Shown: piece by piece, positions 28,796 through 38,442 of the stretch
How the letters are laid out: the number at the start of each line of letters is the position of its first letter
How positions within the stretch are numbered: the stretch's first letter is position 1
IMG/VR virus record: IMGVR_UViG_3300030098_006079
Direction: 5' to 3' (one strand)
Length of the DNA stretch: 64,000 bases
Origin: a virus
Lineage: Duplodnaviria > Caudoviricetes
Translations under genes and position numbers: made by a program
The notes under the pieces: model-generated
Databases searched by the model: none
What the model was told of the DNA's origin: nothing
Seen by the model: the letters and a program-made list of their open reading frames with translations, nothing else

Positions 28796-29777
28796 TTTCT
28801 TTGTACCACATTATAGTGTATCTCAAATCATCGGCAAATGTTTTCTCTGTACCTGGAAGATCTAATTGTAATCCAGCCATAATCATCATAGCCCTGTATG
28901 AACTCTCTCTCAAACAATATTTCATGTCGTGACCTTTTCTATCCTCAACAAAAGAAATTAAACTTTCAGGTTTTTTCAAGATACTCAATATTTCCTGAAC
29001 AAGATTTATATTATTAATTTCACCATGATTATCATTTTCGTAACTTGGTGCAAAATTATAAATCTCGCCAGATGTACCATACTTAAGTACATTAAAGATT
29101 TTCTCACAATGATCCTTTACATATATCCATTGTCGGACATTTTCACCAGTACCATAAACTGGAACGTAGGAATCCGCAAGAGCATTTCTTACTACAACCG
29201 GTATTAATTTTTCTGGATACTGTCTAGGTCCGAAATTATTAGTACATCTCGTAACCATAACATCTCGCTTGTATGTATGAAAATATGAAAGGGCTATTAG
29301 ATCTGCAGCAGCTTTAGTTGATGAATATATAGATGAAGGCTGTAATAAGTCTCCTTCTTCACTCGGTGAACCAGTTAATGGTAAGCTCCCATATACTTCA
29401 TCTGTACCAATTTGTATAAACCGCTGACCTTCTTTAAGTTGATTGAGTAGATTATAAACTCCTACTACATTTGACTGTATAAAAGGGTCACCATTTTCAA
29501 TACTATTATCTACATGCGACTCAGCTGCGAAATTTATGATATAATCATATACACCAACATTATCAAATTCGTGTATAGATTTAAATGTAATTTCTAGTTT
29601 ATTTTTTTTATCTAAATACAGATCCCATAATAAGTTTTCTGTTTTTTCTGATACACTGTAATTATAGCTATCAACAATTGTAATCTTACAATTATTACAT
29701 TTTTCATGTAATAACTCAACAAAGTGACTACCTATAAATCCTAAACCACCTGTTACTAAAATATGTTTATTTTTCAT
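28773..29777 (-). CDS. rmlB: dTDP-glucose 4,6-dehydratase
   Basis: TGGLGFIG, FAAESHVDNS, TDEVYG, YSSTK, NNFGPRQYPEKLIP, RKGHD. Confidence 0.93.
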   Translation of the reverse strand: MKNKHILVTGGLGFIGSHFVELLHEKCNNCKITIVDSYNYSVSEKTENLLWDLYLDKKNKLEITFKSIHEFDNVGVYDYIINFAAESHVDNSIENGDPFIQSNVVGVYNLLNQLKEGQRFIQIGTDEVYGSLPLTGSPSEEGDLLQPSSIYSSTKAAADLIALSYFHTYKRDVMVTRCTNNFGPRQYPEKLIPVVVRNALADSYVPVYGTGENVRQWIYVKDHCEKIFNVLKYGTSGEIYNFAPSYENDNHGEINNINLVQEILSILKKPESLISFVEDRKGHDMKYCLRESSYRAMMIMAGLQLDLPGTEKTFADDLRYTIMWYKENESWWEK

Positions 29778-30664
29778 TTCTCTTGTAATAATCTATGAAG
29801 TGAATCCGCTTCTGTTGGGAATTCAATATTATACAATCTAGATTTTTCGGTTGATAAAATACAATTAGATCTTTGCGCAGTAATATGCTCTTGTAATTCT
29901 TCGTAGTTAATAAACTTCCAATGAGGGTTCCATAAATTGTACTTATCAAGTATACCACAAACCTCTTTAGTAGTAAGCGGGTTAGGGTTTACACAATTAT
30001 ACGTTCCTGTCGGTATATCCTCAACAGTGATAATTTTATTAATAACAGTAATTAAGTCTTCTATTACTGTTTTAGAATTAACCTCTTCAAGAAGATTGTT
30101 ATACTTAAGTAGTTTTGTTAAGTAATTTTTACTTAGGTTAAAATCATTACATATAGGCATCCTAATACGTAAATTGTAAACGTTTGTGAAACCATTTAAG
30201 CATAATTCTAATGCATGTTTCGTCTTACTATACCAGCTACTTTGACTACCATAATCATTACTATCAATACCAAAGTTTGGTGTGTCTGTTTCTTCATACG
30301 GTGTGTTCGTATCTGTGTAAATACAACCTGAAGTAATGTTAATTAGTTTTATGTTTTGATCTGAACAAAACTGAGCAAGCAACGTTGGTAGGGTTACGTT
30401 CAAATCCCATGTAAGTTGTTTATTATCTTCACAACCATCTACGTTAGGTGACCCAGTATAACCTACACAGTTCACAATCCATTTAGTACCTGTATTGATA
30501 AACTCTTGTCTTATGTCTTGAAAAAGAGTTTCTTTAAGTTCTGCAGGGTTTTGATATGGGTAATTATATAAATGCTTTACGTCATTAATATTGAACTTCT
30601 CGGTAAACATTTTATTTATCTTATTACCGATATAGCCGTTACCTAATATAACTATTTTACTCAT
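29774..30664 (-). CDS. NRS/ER-type NDP-4-keto-6-deoxyglucose 3,5-epimerase/4-reductase (RmlD superfamily)
   Basis: GYTGSPNVDGCE, SGCIY, PNF, YSKTK, LRIRMPI, NYLTKL, RSN pattern resembling plant UER1/NRS-ER as recalled. Confidence 0.75.
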   Translation of the reverse strand: MSKIVILGNGYIGNKINKMFTEKFNINDVKHLYNYPYQNPAELKETLFQDIRQEFINTGTKWIVNCVGYTGSPNVDGCEDNKQLTWDLNVTLPTLLAQFCSDQNIKLINITSGCIYTDTNTPYEETDTPNFGIDSNDYGSQSSWYSKTKHALELCLNGFTNVYNLRIRMPICNDFNLSKNYLTKLLKYNNLLEEVNSKTVIEDLITVINKIITVEDIPTGTYNCVNPNPLTTKEVCGILDKYNLWNPHWKFINYEELQEHITAQRSNCILSTEKSRLYNIEFPTEADSLHRLLQEK

Positions 30665-30950
30665 TTGTTTTGTCTTTCGGTTCTTGTATATTATTAAAAA
30701 AATCTATATTACTAACTCTGCGTAGTAATGTTTCTATCGCGTCATAATCTTGTGCAGTTTTACCACCTATAATAACGACGCTTTCTCCTGTCGTATCATA
30801 TCCTAATAAAACAAACGATTTTAAGTATTCAGATAAATAGTCGTTTACTGCAGATAATTCTTGTTGAGATCTTTCTTCTACACTCTCAACTGCGCTTATG
30901 CTTGATTTAAGTAAGTTGTCGAAGTTTCGGTTAGCCATTGATTTGTTCAC
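30657..30950 (-). CDS. Hypothetical protein
   Basis: 97 aa, coupled to neighbours. Confidence 0.55.
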   Translation of the reverse strand: MNKSMANRNFDNLLKSSISAVESVEERSQQELSAVNDYLSEYLKSFVLLGYDTTGESVVIIGGKTAQDYDAIETLLRRVSNIDFFNNIQEPKDKTNE

Positions 30951-31239
30951 TTGGTGAAATATTTTTTTCTAAAAGTTTTGTTATAATTACTTCCATACTA
31001 TCTGTTTTTAATTGTAAATTTTTAAACTGATTACCATTATGTAATTCAAACATAATTTCTCCATACCAGTCTTTATTAGTATAACATGTAATATATAATG
31101 CGGCGAATTTTGGGTCTATCATTATAGTCCATCTTCGTGCATCTGACGCAGGATAATCAGTGAATATTCTGTTCGCAATATAGCCGTTATCTCTTAATCG
31201 CTTTAAAAAATAACCACATGTTGTTACCTTGTTTTTCAT
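30931..31239 (-). CDS. Hypothetical protein
   Basis: 102 aa, start overlaps gp45 stop. Confidence 0.55.
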   Translation of the reverse strand: MKNKVTTCGYFLKRLRDNGYIANRIFTDYPASDARRWTIMIDPKFAALYITCYTNKDWYGEIMFELHNGNQFKNLQLKTDSMEVIITKLLEKNISPSEQING

Positions 31240-31973
31240 TAATTCTTATAACTTGTACTTACGAAAGTAAGTTTACAGTCATCAATGCTAAGCTTTAATA
31301 ACAACATTTTAAATTTACTATTAATATATATTTCTGCAGAATCGTAATTCAAGGTTGATATGAGACGAAACAATTCAACATCTAATATTAGCTCATAGCT
31401 TAACGGCTCTCCATGTAGTTTATCAGAGATGACTGTTGTATATGTGTCGGTGTTTTGTAGTTTTTTATCCCCTAATTCTACAAACACTCGGTCGTCTTCT
31501 GTAAATAGATAAGCCTTACTAGTTTCCGTAACAAACGGTAAAGCTTTGAGCATTGAATTATTACTTTCTTTAGTAAAAGTAAAATTAGTATCTAGCTCTA
31601 ATGTATTAATTTTATCAAAATCAAACGGTGTATTTGTTTGCAGACTATCATCAAATAAATGATATTTAAATCTGTTACCTTTACCATTATTGTAATTAAT
31701 ACAATTGTTAGTAATGTTTAATTCTATACTCTCTTCATCTAAGCAAGAAAGTATTTTTATTAATTTATTAGTATCTGGAAGGCAGATAATATTGTCATTA
31801 TTATCTTCCCACTCTACTTTACATTCTGCTTTAAGAAAGATATTCGAGTTGTTGTGAGCTAGAGTACTCACGAAATCATCACCGATATCAAGGGTTGCAG
31901 ATGTAATTAATCTTGATACAGGAGATAGGAAGTTTTTTATAAAACTATCTTTATTATTAATCTTTAGAATCAT
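31239..31973 (-). CDS. gp45: Sliding clamp gp45-like
   Basis: 244 aa beta-rich repeat pattern (CLPDTNKLIKILS, FKYHL); replication context. Confidence 0.65.
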   Translation of the reverse strand: MILKINNKDSFIKNFLSPVSRLITSATLDIGDDFVSTLAHNNSNIFLKAECKVEWEDNNDNIICLPDTNKLIKILSCLDEESIELNITNNCINYNNGKGNRFKYHLFDDSLQTNTPFDFDKINTLELDTNFTFTKESNNSMLKALPFVTETSKAYLFTEDDRVFVELGDKKLQNTDTYTTVISDKLHGEPLSYELILDVELFRLISTLNYDSAEIYINSKFKMLLLKLSIDDCKLTFVSTSYKN

Positions 31974-32358
31974 TATTCTCGTTTAATTTGATTCTTATAT
32001 TAATTTCTTTTGCGTTTTTTGCAACATTACGTTCAATCAGATTAACAAACTTAGTTACCTGTTTTTCCAACGCTGTTACTCTATCAATTAGAGGAGTTAA
32101 ATCTTGCTGCTGTACAACTGGTGCAGGTTGTTGTTGCGGTACAGGTTGTTGTGGAGCTTGTGTAAGTGGTTGCGGAGCTGCTTGTTGCTGTATCATTTGC
32201 TGCCTAGTTGCTTCTCGTGCAGCTGCTTCTTCATATATTTTTCTATTAATAGGTACATCACCCATAGTGGCGCTTTTTTGTACCATATTCTTGTTAAATT
32301 CATTTGATGTTACATTCAAACTATGTAACGCATACTGTAGTTCTTGCTCGTCGTTCAT
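31957..32358 (-). CDS. Hypothetical Q/P-rich protein
   Basis: Start re-called at ATG 32358 (MNDEQ), because the track's first 21 codons span the gp32 hairpin. Confidence 0.55.
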   Translation of the reverse strand: MNDEQELQYALHSLNVTSNEFNKNMVQKSATMGDVPINRKIYEEAAAREATRQQMIQQQAAPQPLTQAPQQPVPQQQPAPVVQQQDLTPLIDRVTALEKQVTKFVNLIERNVAKNAKEINIRIKLNENNDSKD

Positions 32359-32366
32359 CTTACGAA

Positions 32367-32391
32367 ATAAGGGGGGTATAACCCCCCTTAT
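32367..32391 (-). terminator. Hairpin after gp32 (terminator or mRNA processing site)
   Basis: Perfect 10-bp IR ATAAGGGGGG-N5-CCCCCCTTAT 14 nt past the gp32 stop; short U tail. Confidence 0.6.
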
Positions 32392-32404
32392 GAATTTTTT
32401 TATT

Positions 32405-33250
32405 TTATTCCAAACTATCAAGGAGCTGCTTTACCTTGTCATCATCAACGTCACCACTCTCATTAGTAGTCTCTTTTACGTCGTCATCAAAGCTAATGTC
32501 GTCGTCGTCATCGTCTTCTATTTTAGAAGAAGTTTCAGTTGAAGGTTTATCTTGCGCTCCATAATAATGCTCGTTTAGCATTGTCTCTAATTCCTCGTAA
32601 CTCTTGACCGGGAATACATTCTCAAGATCATATACTTGATCATAAATTGTACCTACCGAATCAGCGTCAACACCAGTAATCTTTGACGGGCTAGCAAAAC
32701 GAGAACTTACATAAGTAGGAAAACCACCCTGCTCTTCAACTTTAATACGCAAGTTACAACCATTTTCAGTCAAATCAAAGATACGCTCACCAAATTCATC
32801 AGCATCATCTCCCTCAATAGCTTCCATAACAATCTTATGTAGCTGACGACCAAAACGTAAAATTTTCACTTTACCTTCATTCTCAGGATTTTCATTATCC
32901 TTGACTACATAGACATTGATTAACCAGTTCTCTTTTCGATTCAACGCCTTAGCCTTTTCTTTCTCTTCCTCAGTACCAGTGCGTGTGATCTTGAATCGAG
33001 CTTCAGCAATTGGATCACGCTCACCCCACGTTTGAGGAGAGATAGCACTCTGGAACTGACCAGTTGCTTCACTAACCCATCCATGAGAATAGTAATGAAA
33101 AAACGTCTTACTCGGATCTTTTGCGAACGGAACTAACCGTACCGTATATGTATTACCAGCCCTCAACCGTAAGATATTACTTGTCGAGTTGTTGTTCTGC
33201 GATGGTTTATTCAACGCGTCCTTGATTGATGCAAACATACTTGTTGTCAT
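32405..33250 (-). CDS. gp32: ssDNA-binding protein gp32
   Basis: TVRLVP, FFHYYSHG, GKVKILRFG, IFDL, YVSSRF, acidic tail. Confidence 0.9.
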   Translation of the reverse strand: MTTSMFASIKDALNKPSQNNNSTSNILRLRAGNTYTVRLVPFAKDPSKTFFHYYSHGWVSEATGQFQSAISPQTWGERDPIAEARFKITRTGTEEEKEKAKALNRKENWLINVYVVKDNENPENEGKVKILRFGRQLHKIVMEAIEGDDADEFGERIFDLTENGCNLRIKVEEQGGFPTYVSSRFASPSKITGVDADSVGTIYDQVYDLENVFPVKSYEELETMLNEHYYGAQDKPSTETSSKIEDDDDDDISFDDDVKETTNESGDVDDDKVKQLLDSLE

Positions 33251-33897
33251 TTTCTTTTTAATATATTGTTAATAGTTTTTTTAAGTTTAATACTCAACGG
33301 TTTGATTTTATTCGAGGATAAGTACCTCGATCTCAAACTACTCAGCACATTATAGAAGTCTTTGTAAACAAAATCAACTACTTTGTTCTCTAGATTTAGA
33401 TGTCTATCGTCGTAACCTAATGCTAATAAAGAATATAAACATATGTTATCGGATTTTAAGTCTAGTAGAAACGCAGGGTACATGCCTTTGTTTATTTCTA
33501 AATATTTCTCTACAATTGAAATATCATTTTTTACACACTGTTCGTAAATAAATTTAAAACTATTTCTTAATTGTTTAATGTTAAATTCTGCGTCTGGTTT
33601 AGTGAGTTGTATTTCTCTTACATATTTTCTATAAACTGAAATAGCTGGAAAAGTACTATAATAACTTAGCGGAACAAATCGCTCACTATGCATAATATAA
33701 GGAGCTTCAAAAAATAAAATAGGGTCAATTTTTTTATTTCTTAAGGTAGCAGATATCTTCTTAATCGCGATATATTTTTCATCCTCGATGTCGTCGAAAT
33801 TTTTACGAGGAGTGAACCCTTTATTTTTTCGTGTAGATTTTAAATATGTATTGTATGTGTGTTGCTCTTGTACGGTAAGATTTTTCTCTACAGTCAT
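33247..33897 (-). CDS. gp59: Helicase loader gp59-like
   Basis: Immediately upstream of gp32 as in T4; size and YNTYL...K pattern. Confidence 0.5.
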   Translation of the reverse strand: MTVEKNLTVQEQHTYNTYLKSTRKNKGFTPRKNFDDIEDEKYIAIKKISATLRNKKIDPILFFEAPYIMHSERFVPLSYYSTFPAISVYRKYVREIQLTKPDAEFNIKQLRNSFKFIYEQCVKNDISIVEKYLEINKGMYPAFLLDLKSDNICLYSLLALGYDDRHLNLENKVVDFVYKDFYNVLSSLRSRYLSSNKIKPLSIKLKKTINNILKRK

Positions 33898-34169
33898 ATT
33901 TGAAGTGTATTTTTCTTAAAAAATTTTGTTACGTATTTGCTCTTATAAAGTAATGGATCATGATCTAGAAATAATCTAACTAAATCAAAATTACTCTCTA
34001 ATAATAAGCTATCTTTGAACAAATCTCTATACTTTTTTTTATTAAGAACAATTAAAAATACATTCGCCAAATTAATTTTTTTATTTTCACACATCGAGAC
34101 AAAACTACATAGAGTGAGAAATCTATGTTTTATATCTTTACGGTCTAAAATTGTATATGGATTATCCAT
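33894..34169 (-). CDS. Hypothetical protein
   Basis: 91 aa, coupled to neighbours. Confidence 0.5.
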   Translation of the reverse strand: MDNPYTILDRKDIKHRFLTLCSFVSMCENKKINLANVFLIVLNKKKYRDLFKDSLLLESNFDLVRLFLDHDPLLYKSKYVTKFFKKNTLQI

Positions 34170-35058
34170 TTAAAGGTACAAATTTTTTGCTTAACGCTAA
34201 TACTGTCTCAGTTAATTCTCCACCTGCAGCATATTCATGACCTCCACCGTTACTAATAGTTTTAGCAAATTTGCCTAAATCTAATTCTACATTTGTATTC
34301 TTGCGATAATAAACCCGTTTACCGTTGAGGTTGATCAACATACATACGTCGCGATTAGTTTTATCAATAATATACTGCGCTACATCATTTATATATTCCT
34401 TTGCAAAAGCACTTACGAATTTATATTCTTTACCACCAATTGGTAATGTACATTCAAATAATTGTAACCCTTCTGCAAGTTTTTTAAATTTATAAAAATG
34501 ATAACTTATAATTTTGTTCTGCTCATTTGTAAAGCCATGAAAACCATGCTCAAAATCATTAATAAAATTTTGTAATTTATTACCATTTTTATACCAGAAT
34601 AAAAAGTTAAGTTTGTTGCTTTCAGGAAATTTTAATTCATAACAATCATAATCATTAACAAGAGCGATTAAATGTTTTTGCTCAGTTGTTAAATTACCTA
34701 GCGAACCTAATGTATTATAATATTTGTATATTAGTTTACTGCAGGAGGTTTCATTTACATCAATATAATACTCTGCATTTTTGTAAATTTCTTCTTTATG
34801 AGTCTTATGATGATCAAATATGCATACGTTTTTCTTATCTATTAAATCTTGTATTTCAGTAGTATCTAAGTCAAAGAAGTATACTTGTTTATAATCTTCA
34901 AGCTTGTTATTGTTAAGCCAACCTAAAAACTTCTCTCTCAAATTACTAACTTTAAGAGTAACTACTTTAGGCTTTTTTTGTTTAGCCCAGCAGTATACAA
35001 GATAACTACAACACCCGTCGATATCTAGGTCGGTAAAGATTATTTCATCTTTAGACAT
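34162..35058 (-). CDS. DHH/DHHA1 family phosphoesterase
   Basis: TDLDIDG, FFDLD, IFDHH, GGGHEYAAG. Confidence 0.88.
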   Translation of the reverse strand: MSKDEIIFTDLDIDGCCSYLVYCWAKQKKPKVVTLKVSNLREKFLGWLNNNKLEDYKQVYFFDLDTTEIQDLIDKKNVCIFDHHKTHKEEIYKNAEYYIDVNETSCSKLIYKYYNTLGSLGNLTTEQKHLIALVNDYDCYELKFPESNKLNFLFWYKNGNKLQNFINDFEHGFHGFTNEQNKIISYHFYKFKKLAEGLQLFECTLPIGGKEYKFVSAFAKEYINDVAQYIIDKTNRDVCMLINLNGKRVYYRKNTNVELDLGKFAKTISNGGGHEYAAGGELTETVLALSKKFVPLNG

Positions 35059-35067
35059 TATGATTAT

Positions 35068-36411
35068 TTACACCTCCCTCCCGAAATGTCCCGCTGACGT
35101 TTCTGCAGCCGATACATCTTCGTTAATATTAAGATCATTATTTTCAGATAATGTTAGAGTACTATAATCTATAGCCATTCTATTACTACCGGTATTTGAC
35201 CCAAAACGGTTTTTTATAATACCTATATGTAATGCATCTTCTTCTTCATCTTGCTCATTGCGCCATATACTAACTATTGCGTCAGCAGTAGCACCGAGCC
35301 CATAACTCTCACCTATACTCTCTAAACCAGGAGTAGTTGTATTACCATAACCAGTACGGTTAACCTGAGTAGCAGAAACAACTGGGCATTCAAACGTGTA
35401 CGACATAGCTCTTACTTGCTCAGATATACTTTTTACTCTTTCGTAGGAATTATTACCGTATGTACTCCCCATTAAATTAAGATAATCAAGTACAATTATA
35501 TCTGGTTTGAATCCTTTATTGCCTAACTTTTTAATAAAACCTTCTAATTGAGGTGGTGTAATTGAGTTAGGAGGGAACTCTTTAATTATCATATTAGCCC
35601 TAGGGCTTAACATTTTAAATTTAGTAACCTTTTCTTTTAACGTCTCAACATGGTCTTTTAAATGATTGATCGGTAAATTAGATATTCTTGATGTAATACG
35701 TTTACTATAAATCATCTCTGACATCTCTAAAGATACAACAAGTACATTCTTACCCTGTTCTGCAGCATTAGTTGCTACATTACTTAAAAATATTGATTTA
35801 CCAACATTTGTCGGACCAGCAAAAATATACATTGCACGACCGTTCTCTAAGAAACCACCATCCAATCGCTCATCTAACCATTTCCAACCAGTACGTATTT
35901 TTGTTTCCTTCGTAGTGATATCTTCAATATGCTTGTCGAGATCTTTAAAATAATCATGACCTACATTTGTGGTAATAGAGATATTGCAAGCTTTAGTAAA
36001 CTTATCGTGTATTACAGATACATCTCTTTCTTTACTATCAACAATGTCTAAAAATGTATTAAAGACTGCTTGTTCTTGCAAAAACTTTTCTGTGTATTTG
36101 TATAATACATCTTCATTAAAATCTATTTCTATTTCCGCAATAGACTTTTTGCATTTCAAATAATGATCTTTTAATTGATCAGTATTTAAATATAATTCTA
36201 ATTCCGTCTTTGATGGTCGTTGTTTATTCTTTTTATATAAAGCTTGAATTATTTTTATAATTTGTTTTATATCATTATTTTTAAAGAATTTATAATTTAA
36301 ACTATCTATGATAGAATTTAAATATATTTCATCTTCAAGCAGCTGCTTAAAAACAATTTTCTCTAAAAATTCAAGATCAACGTCGAGGTAGTTACTTTCG
36401 CTTGTTAGCAT
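35068..36411 (-). CDS. gp41: Replicative helicase gp41 (DnaB-like)
   Basis: GPTNVGKS, SLEMSE, IKEFP, LDYLNL, SATQVNR, KNRFG. Confidence 0.95.
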   Translation of the reverse strand: MLTSESNYLDVDLEFLEKIVFKQLLEDEIYLNSIIDSLNYKFFKNNDIKQIIKIIQALYKKNKQRPSKTELELYLNTDQLKDHYLKCKKSIAEIEIDFNEDVLYKYTEKFLQEQAVFNTFLDIVDSKERDVSVIHDKFTKACNISITTNVGHDYFKDLDKHIEDITTKETKIRTGWKWLDERLDGGFLENGRAMYIFAGPTNVGKSIFLSNVATNAAEQGKNVLVVSLEMSEMIYSKRITSRISNLPINHLKDHVETLKEKVTKFKMLSPRANMIIKEFPPNSITPPQLEGFIKKLGNKGFKPDIIVLDYLNLMGSTYGNNSYERVKSISEQVRAMSYTFECPVVSATQVNRTGYGNTTTPGLESIGESYGLGATADAIVSIWRNEQDEEEDALHIGIIKNRFGSNTGSNRMAIDYSTLTLSENNDLNINEDVSAAETSAGHFGREV

Positions 36412-37096
36412 GTTTTACGAGAGTATTATAGAAGTACTCTTCTGATTTTCTATAGTCGTCAGTTATTTCGGTTAGGCCAGGTGATTCATGTATAACATGA
36501 ATAGGGGCTGTTGTTAGTTTTAAACCAGCAAGATGACAATCCAAACAAAATTTAATATCGTAGCAATGAAAACCTTTTAACTGCTCATCAAAACGTACGT
36601 CATGTAAAGCAATAGATTTAGTTCTTACCGCTAAAAATAAACCGTCTAGTAAAATTACATCTTTTGGAACATCACCAAATATAGTATATGCATAATCAGT
36701 TTTATTATAATAATGGGATACTACACCTGATAAAGTTTCTGGTTTACATAATAAATGCCATAAACATGGTTTTTTTATTTGTAGTTTACTACCACCAGCT
36801 AAACCTACTACATCATATCCATTTTTAAAAAAATTACGGATAGTCTGTAAGAAGTTAATACTATCAATTGTTATATCATCATGCACAAATAATATACAAT
36901 CATATTCTTTTAAATTCTCTTTTGTCAGATATTTGTTATACGTTGCGCATAATGGAGAGGTATTGTTATAAGTAGGTTGCAACGTATATGATACATTGGT
37001 TTGCTTTGACTTATGATTCTTTAGGCTATTAGCTAAACGAGAATTTTTAAATTCTTGTTCATTAAGCTTAGTAGCTGTTGCTATTAAAGTTTTCAT
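36392..37096 (-). CDS. GT-A fold glycosyltransferase (Glyco_tranf_2_5-like)
   Basis: ILFVHDD, VVGLAG, LLDGLFLAV, FDE..GFHCYD, HES. Confidence 0.75.
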   Translation of the reverse strand: MKTLIATATKLNEQEFKNSRLANSLKNHKSKQTNVSYTLQPTYNNTSPLCATYNKYLTKENLKEYDCILFVHDDITIDSINFLQTIRNFFKNGYDVVGLAGGSKLQIKKPCLWHLLCKPETLSGVVSHYYNKTDYAYTIFGDVPKDVILLDGLFLAVRTKSIALHDVRFDEQLKGFHCYDIKFCLDCHLAGLKLTTAPIHVIHESPGLTEITDDYRKSEEYFYNTLVKHANKRK

Positions 37097-37731
37097 AAAA
37101 AGAACGGTACGGAATTGAGCTTAAATTTACTTACTTCTTTAAATCTATTTGAAGTAAAGTTATATTCTAACACAGCCCCTTCGTCTATATATTTATATTC
37201 AGGCATAGCCGCAGACGTAAAGTTTCCGTCATTATAATGTAATGTACTGCCAGATCTAAATATACGTAAACTACCAGTTTTACTATTATAATACCAGCAG
37301 CCATATATACCTTCTAACATTTCTAGAGCTTGGGTAAATCCAACCTTTTCCATAAGAGGTAAAATGATACTACTATCTACGTCATTATAGTTTTCTAGTT
37401 TCATCTTATCAACTAAATCTCTATCATTTTCTAGTACACCATTGTGCGCTAAATAACGACCATTCATAGTAAATGGATGAGAAGTAGATAATTTAAAGTC
37501 TCTTTCCTTTGATGTAGGAGACTGTACGTGACCGAGATAATAAATACAAAACGGATTCTCGGTAATAGGTTTTGTAAAGTCTAATTCGTGTGTTGTTTTT
37601 ACTAAAGTATTACTTTGTAATCCTTGCGGGAATAGATACGTTACACTACGTACAAAATTACCCCTCTCTGTATTTTTTTCACAGAGTTTTCTAAATGTCT
37701 CTATATTATTTGATCCAAAAATTCCACACAT
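37093..37731 (-). CDS. Class II (Ntn) glutamine amidotransferase, QueC-associated
   Basis: N-terminal MCGIFG, GHVQSPT, HPF, AHNG, DVDS. Confidence 0.85.
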   Translation of the reverse strand: MCGIFGSNNIETFRKLCEKNTERGNFVRSVTYLFPQGLQSNTLVKTTHELDFTKPITENPFCIYYLGHVQSPTSKERDFKLSTSHPFTMNGRYLAHNGVLENDRDLVDKMKLENYNDVDSSIILPLMEKVGFTQALEMLEGIYGCWYYNSKTGSLRIFRSGSTLHYNDGNFTSAAMPEYKYIDEGAVLEYNFTSNRFKEVSKFKLNSVPFFL

Positions 37732-37746
37732 AATTTTATATTTTAT

Positions 37747-38442
37747 TTAAACTACTTTCCAAGGTATATCATCTCGCTCATACTCTATTGGGTCAACGAG
37801 ACCATTTTGTAAGAACCCTTGTATACGAGAACTACATGCTGTACAATAACCGCATGCCTTTTCTCTTCCCTCATAACAAGTCCAAGTATCCTCAAATTTT
37901 ACATTATTGACTACACCAGTTTTAATAATTTCTTGCTTTGATAACTTAATTAAAGGTGCTTCTATTTTAATTTTTGTTTTTCTATTCAAAGCAGTTACAT
38001 TATTAATCTCTGTAAGAAACTCTTTACTACCGTCCCAATAACCTGCTTGACTATCTACAAGCGCCGATCCATGATATACAGTCTCTGCTCCTACAGCTTC
38101 TGCATATGCTGATGCAATTGATAACAACATCATATTGCGGAACGGAACATAATTTACTGTTTGTGCATCTCCTAATACATCTCGCGCATGCGCTACTTTA
38201 ATATTATTATTTGTTAATGCAGATGTTGTTGCAAGATCTTTAAAGAAGGTAAGATCAATAATCTTATGCTCTTCAATATTATCATAATTATCAGTTTGCA
38301 TACCAGCATATAACATTTCTTTTATATGCTTTTGACCGTAATCGAAAGTTATTGCATAAATGTCGTCATGAACACTTGCTGCTAAACTTAAAATTACTGA
38401 ACTATCTAAACCACCTGAAATAGGTACTACTGCTTTACTCAT
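37747..38442 (-). CDS. queC: 7-cyano-7-deazaguanine synthase
   Basis: SGGLDS, FDYGQKH, YVPFRN, TWTCY...CGYCTAC. Confidence 0.95.
   Translation of the reverse strand: MSKAVVPISGGLDSSVILSLAASVHDDIYAITFDYGQKHIKEMLYAGMQTDNYDNIEEHKIIDLTFFKDLATTSALTNNNIKVAHARDVLGDAQTVNYVPFRNMMLLSIASAYAEAVGAETVYHGSALVDSQAGYWDGSKEFLTEINNVTALNRKTKIKIEAPLIKLSKQEIIKTGVVNNVKFEDTWTCYEGREKACGYCTACSSRIQGFLQNGLVDPIEYERDDIPWKVV

Noticed and set aside
32359-32421. First 21 codons of the track's 154-aa ORF
   Set aside because: They run through the GGGGGG/CCCCCC hairpin after gp32; the start at 32358 is more plausible.
31988-32542. 184-aa + strand Cys-rich ORF
   Set aside because: Antisense shadow of the Q/P-rich gene and the gp32 tail; the Cys runs come from reverse-complemented CAA/CAG codons.
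37093-38442. Qat or type IV CBASS defence island reading of queC
   Set aside because: No KAP ATPase, TatD, CD-NTase or TGT neighbours; folE/queD/queE are present, favouring a biosynthetic role.
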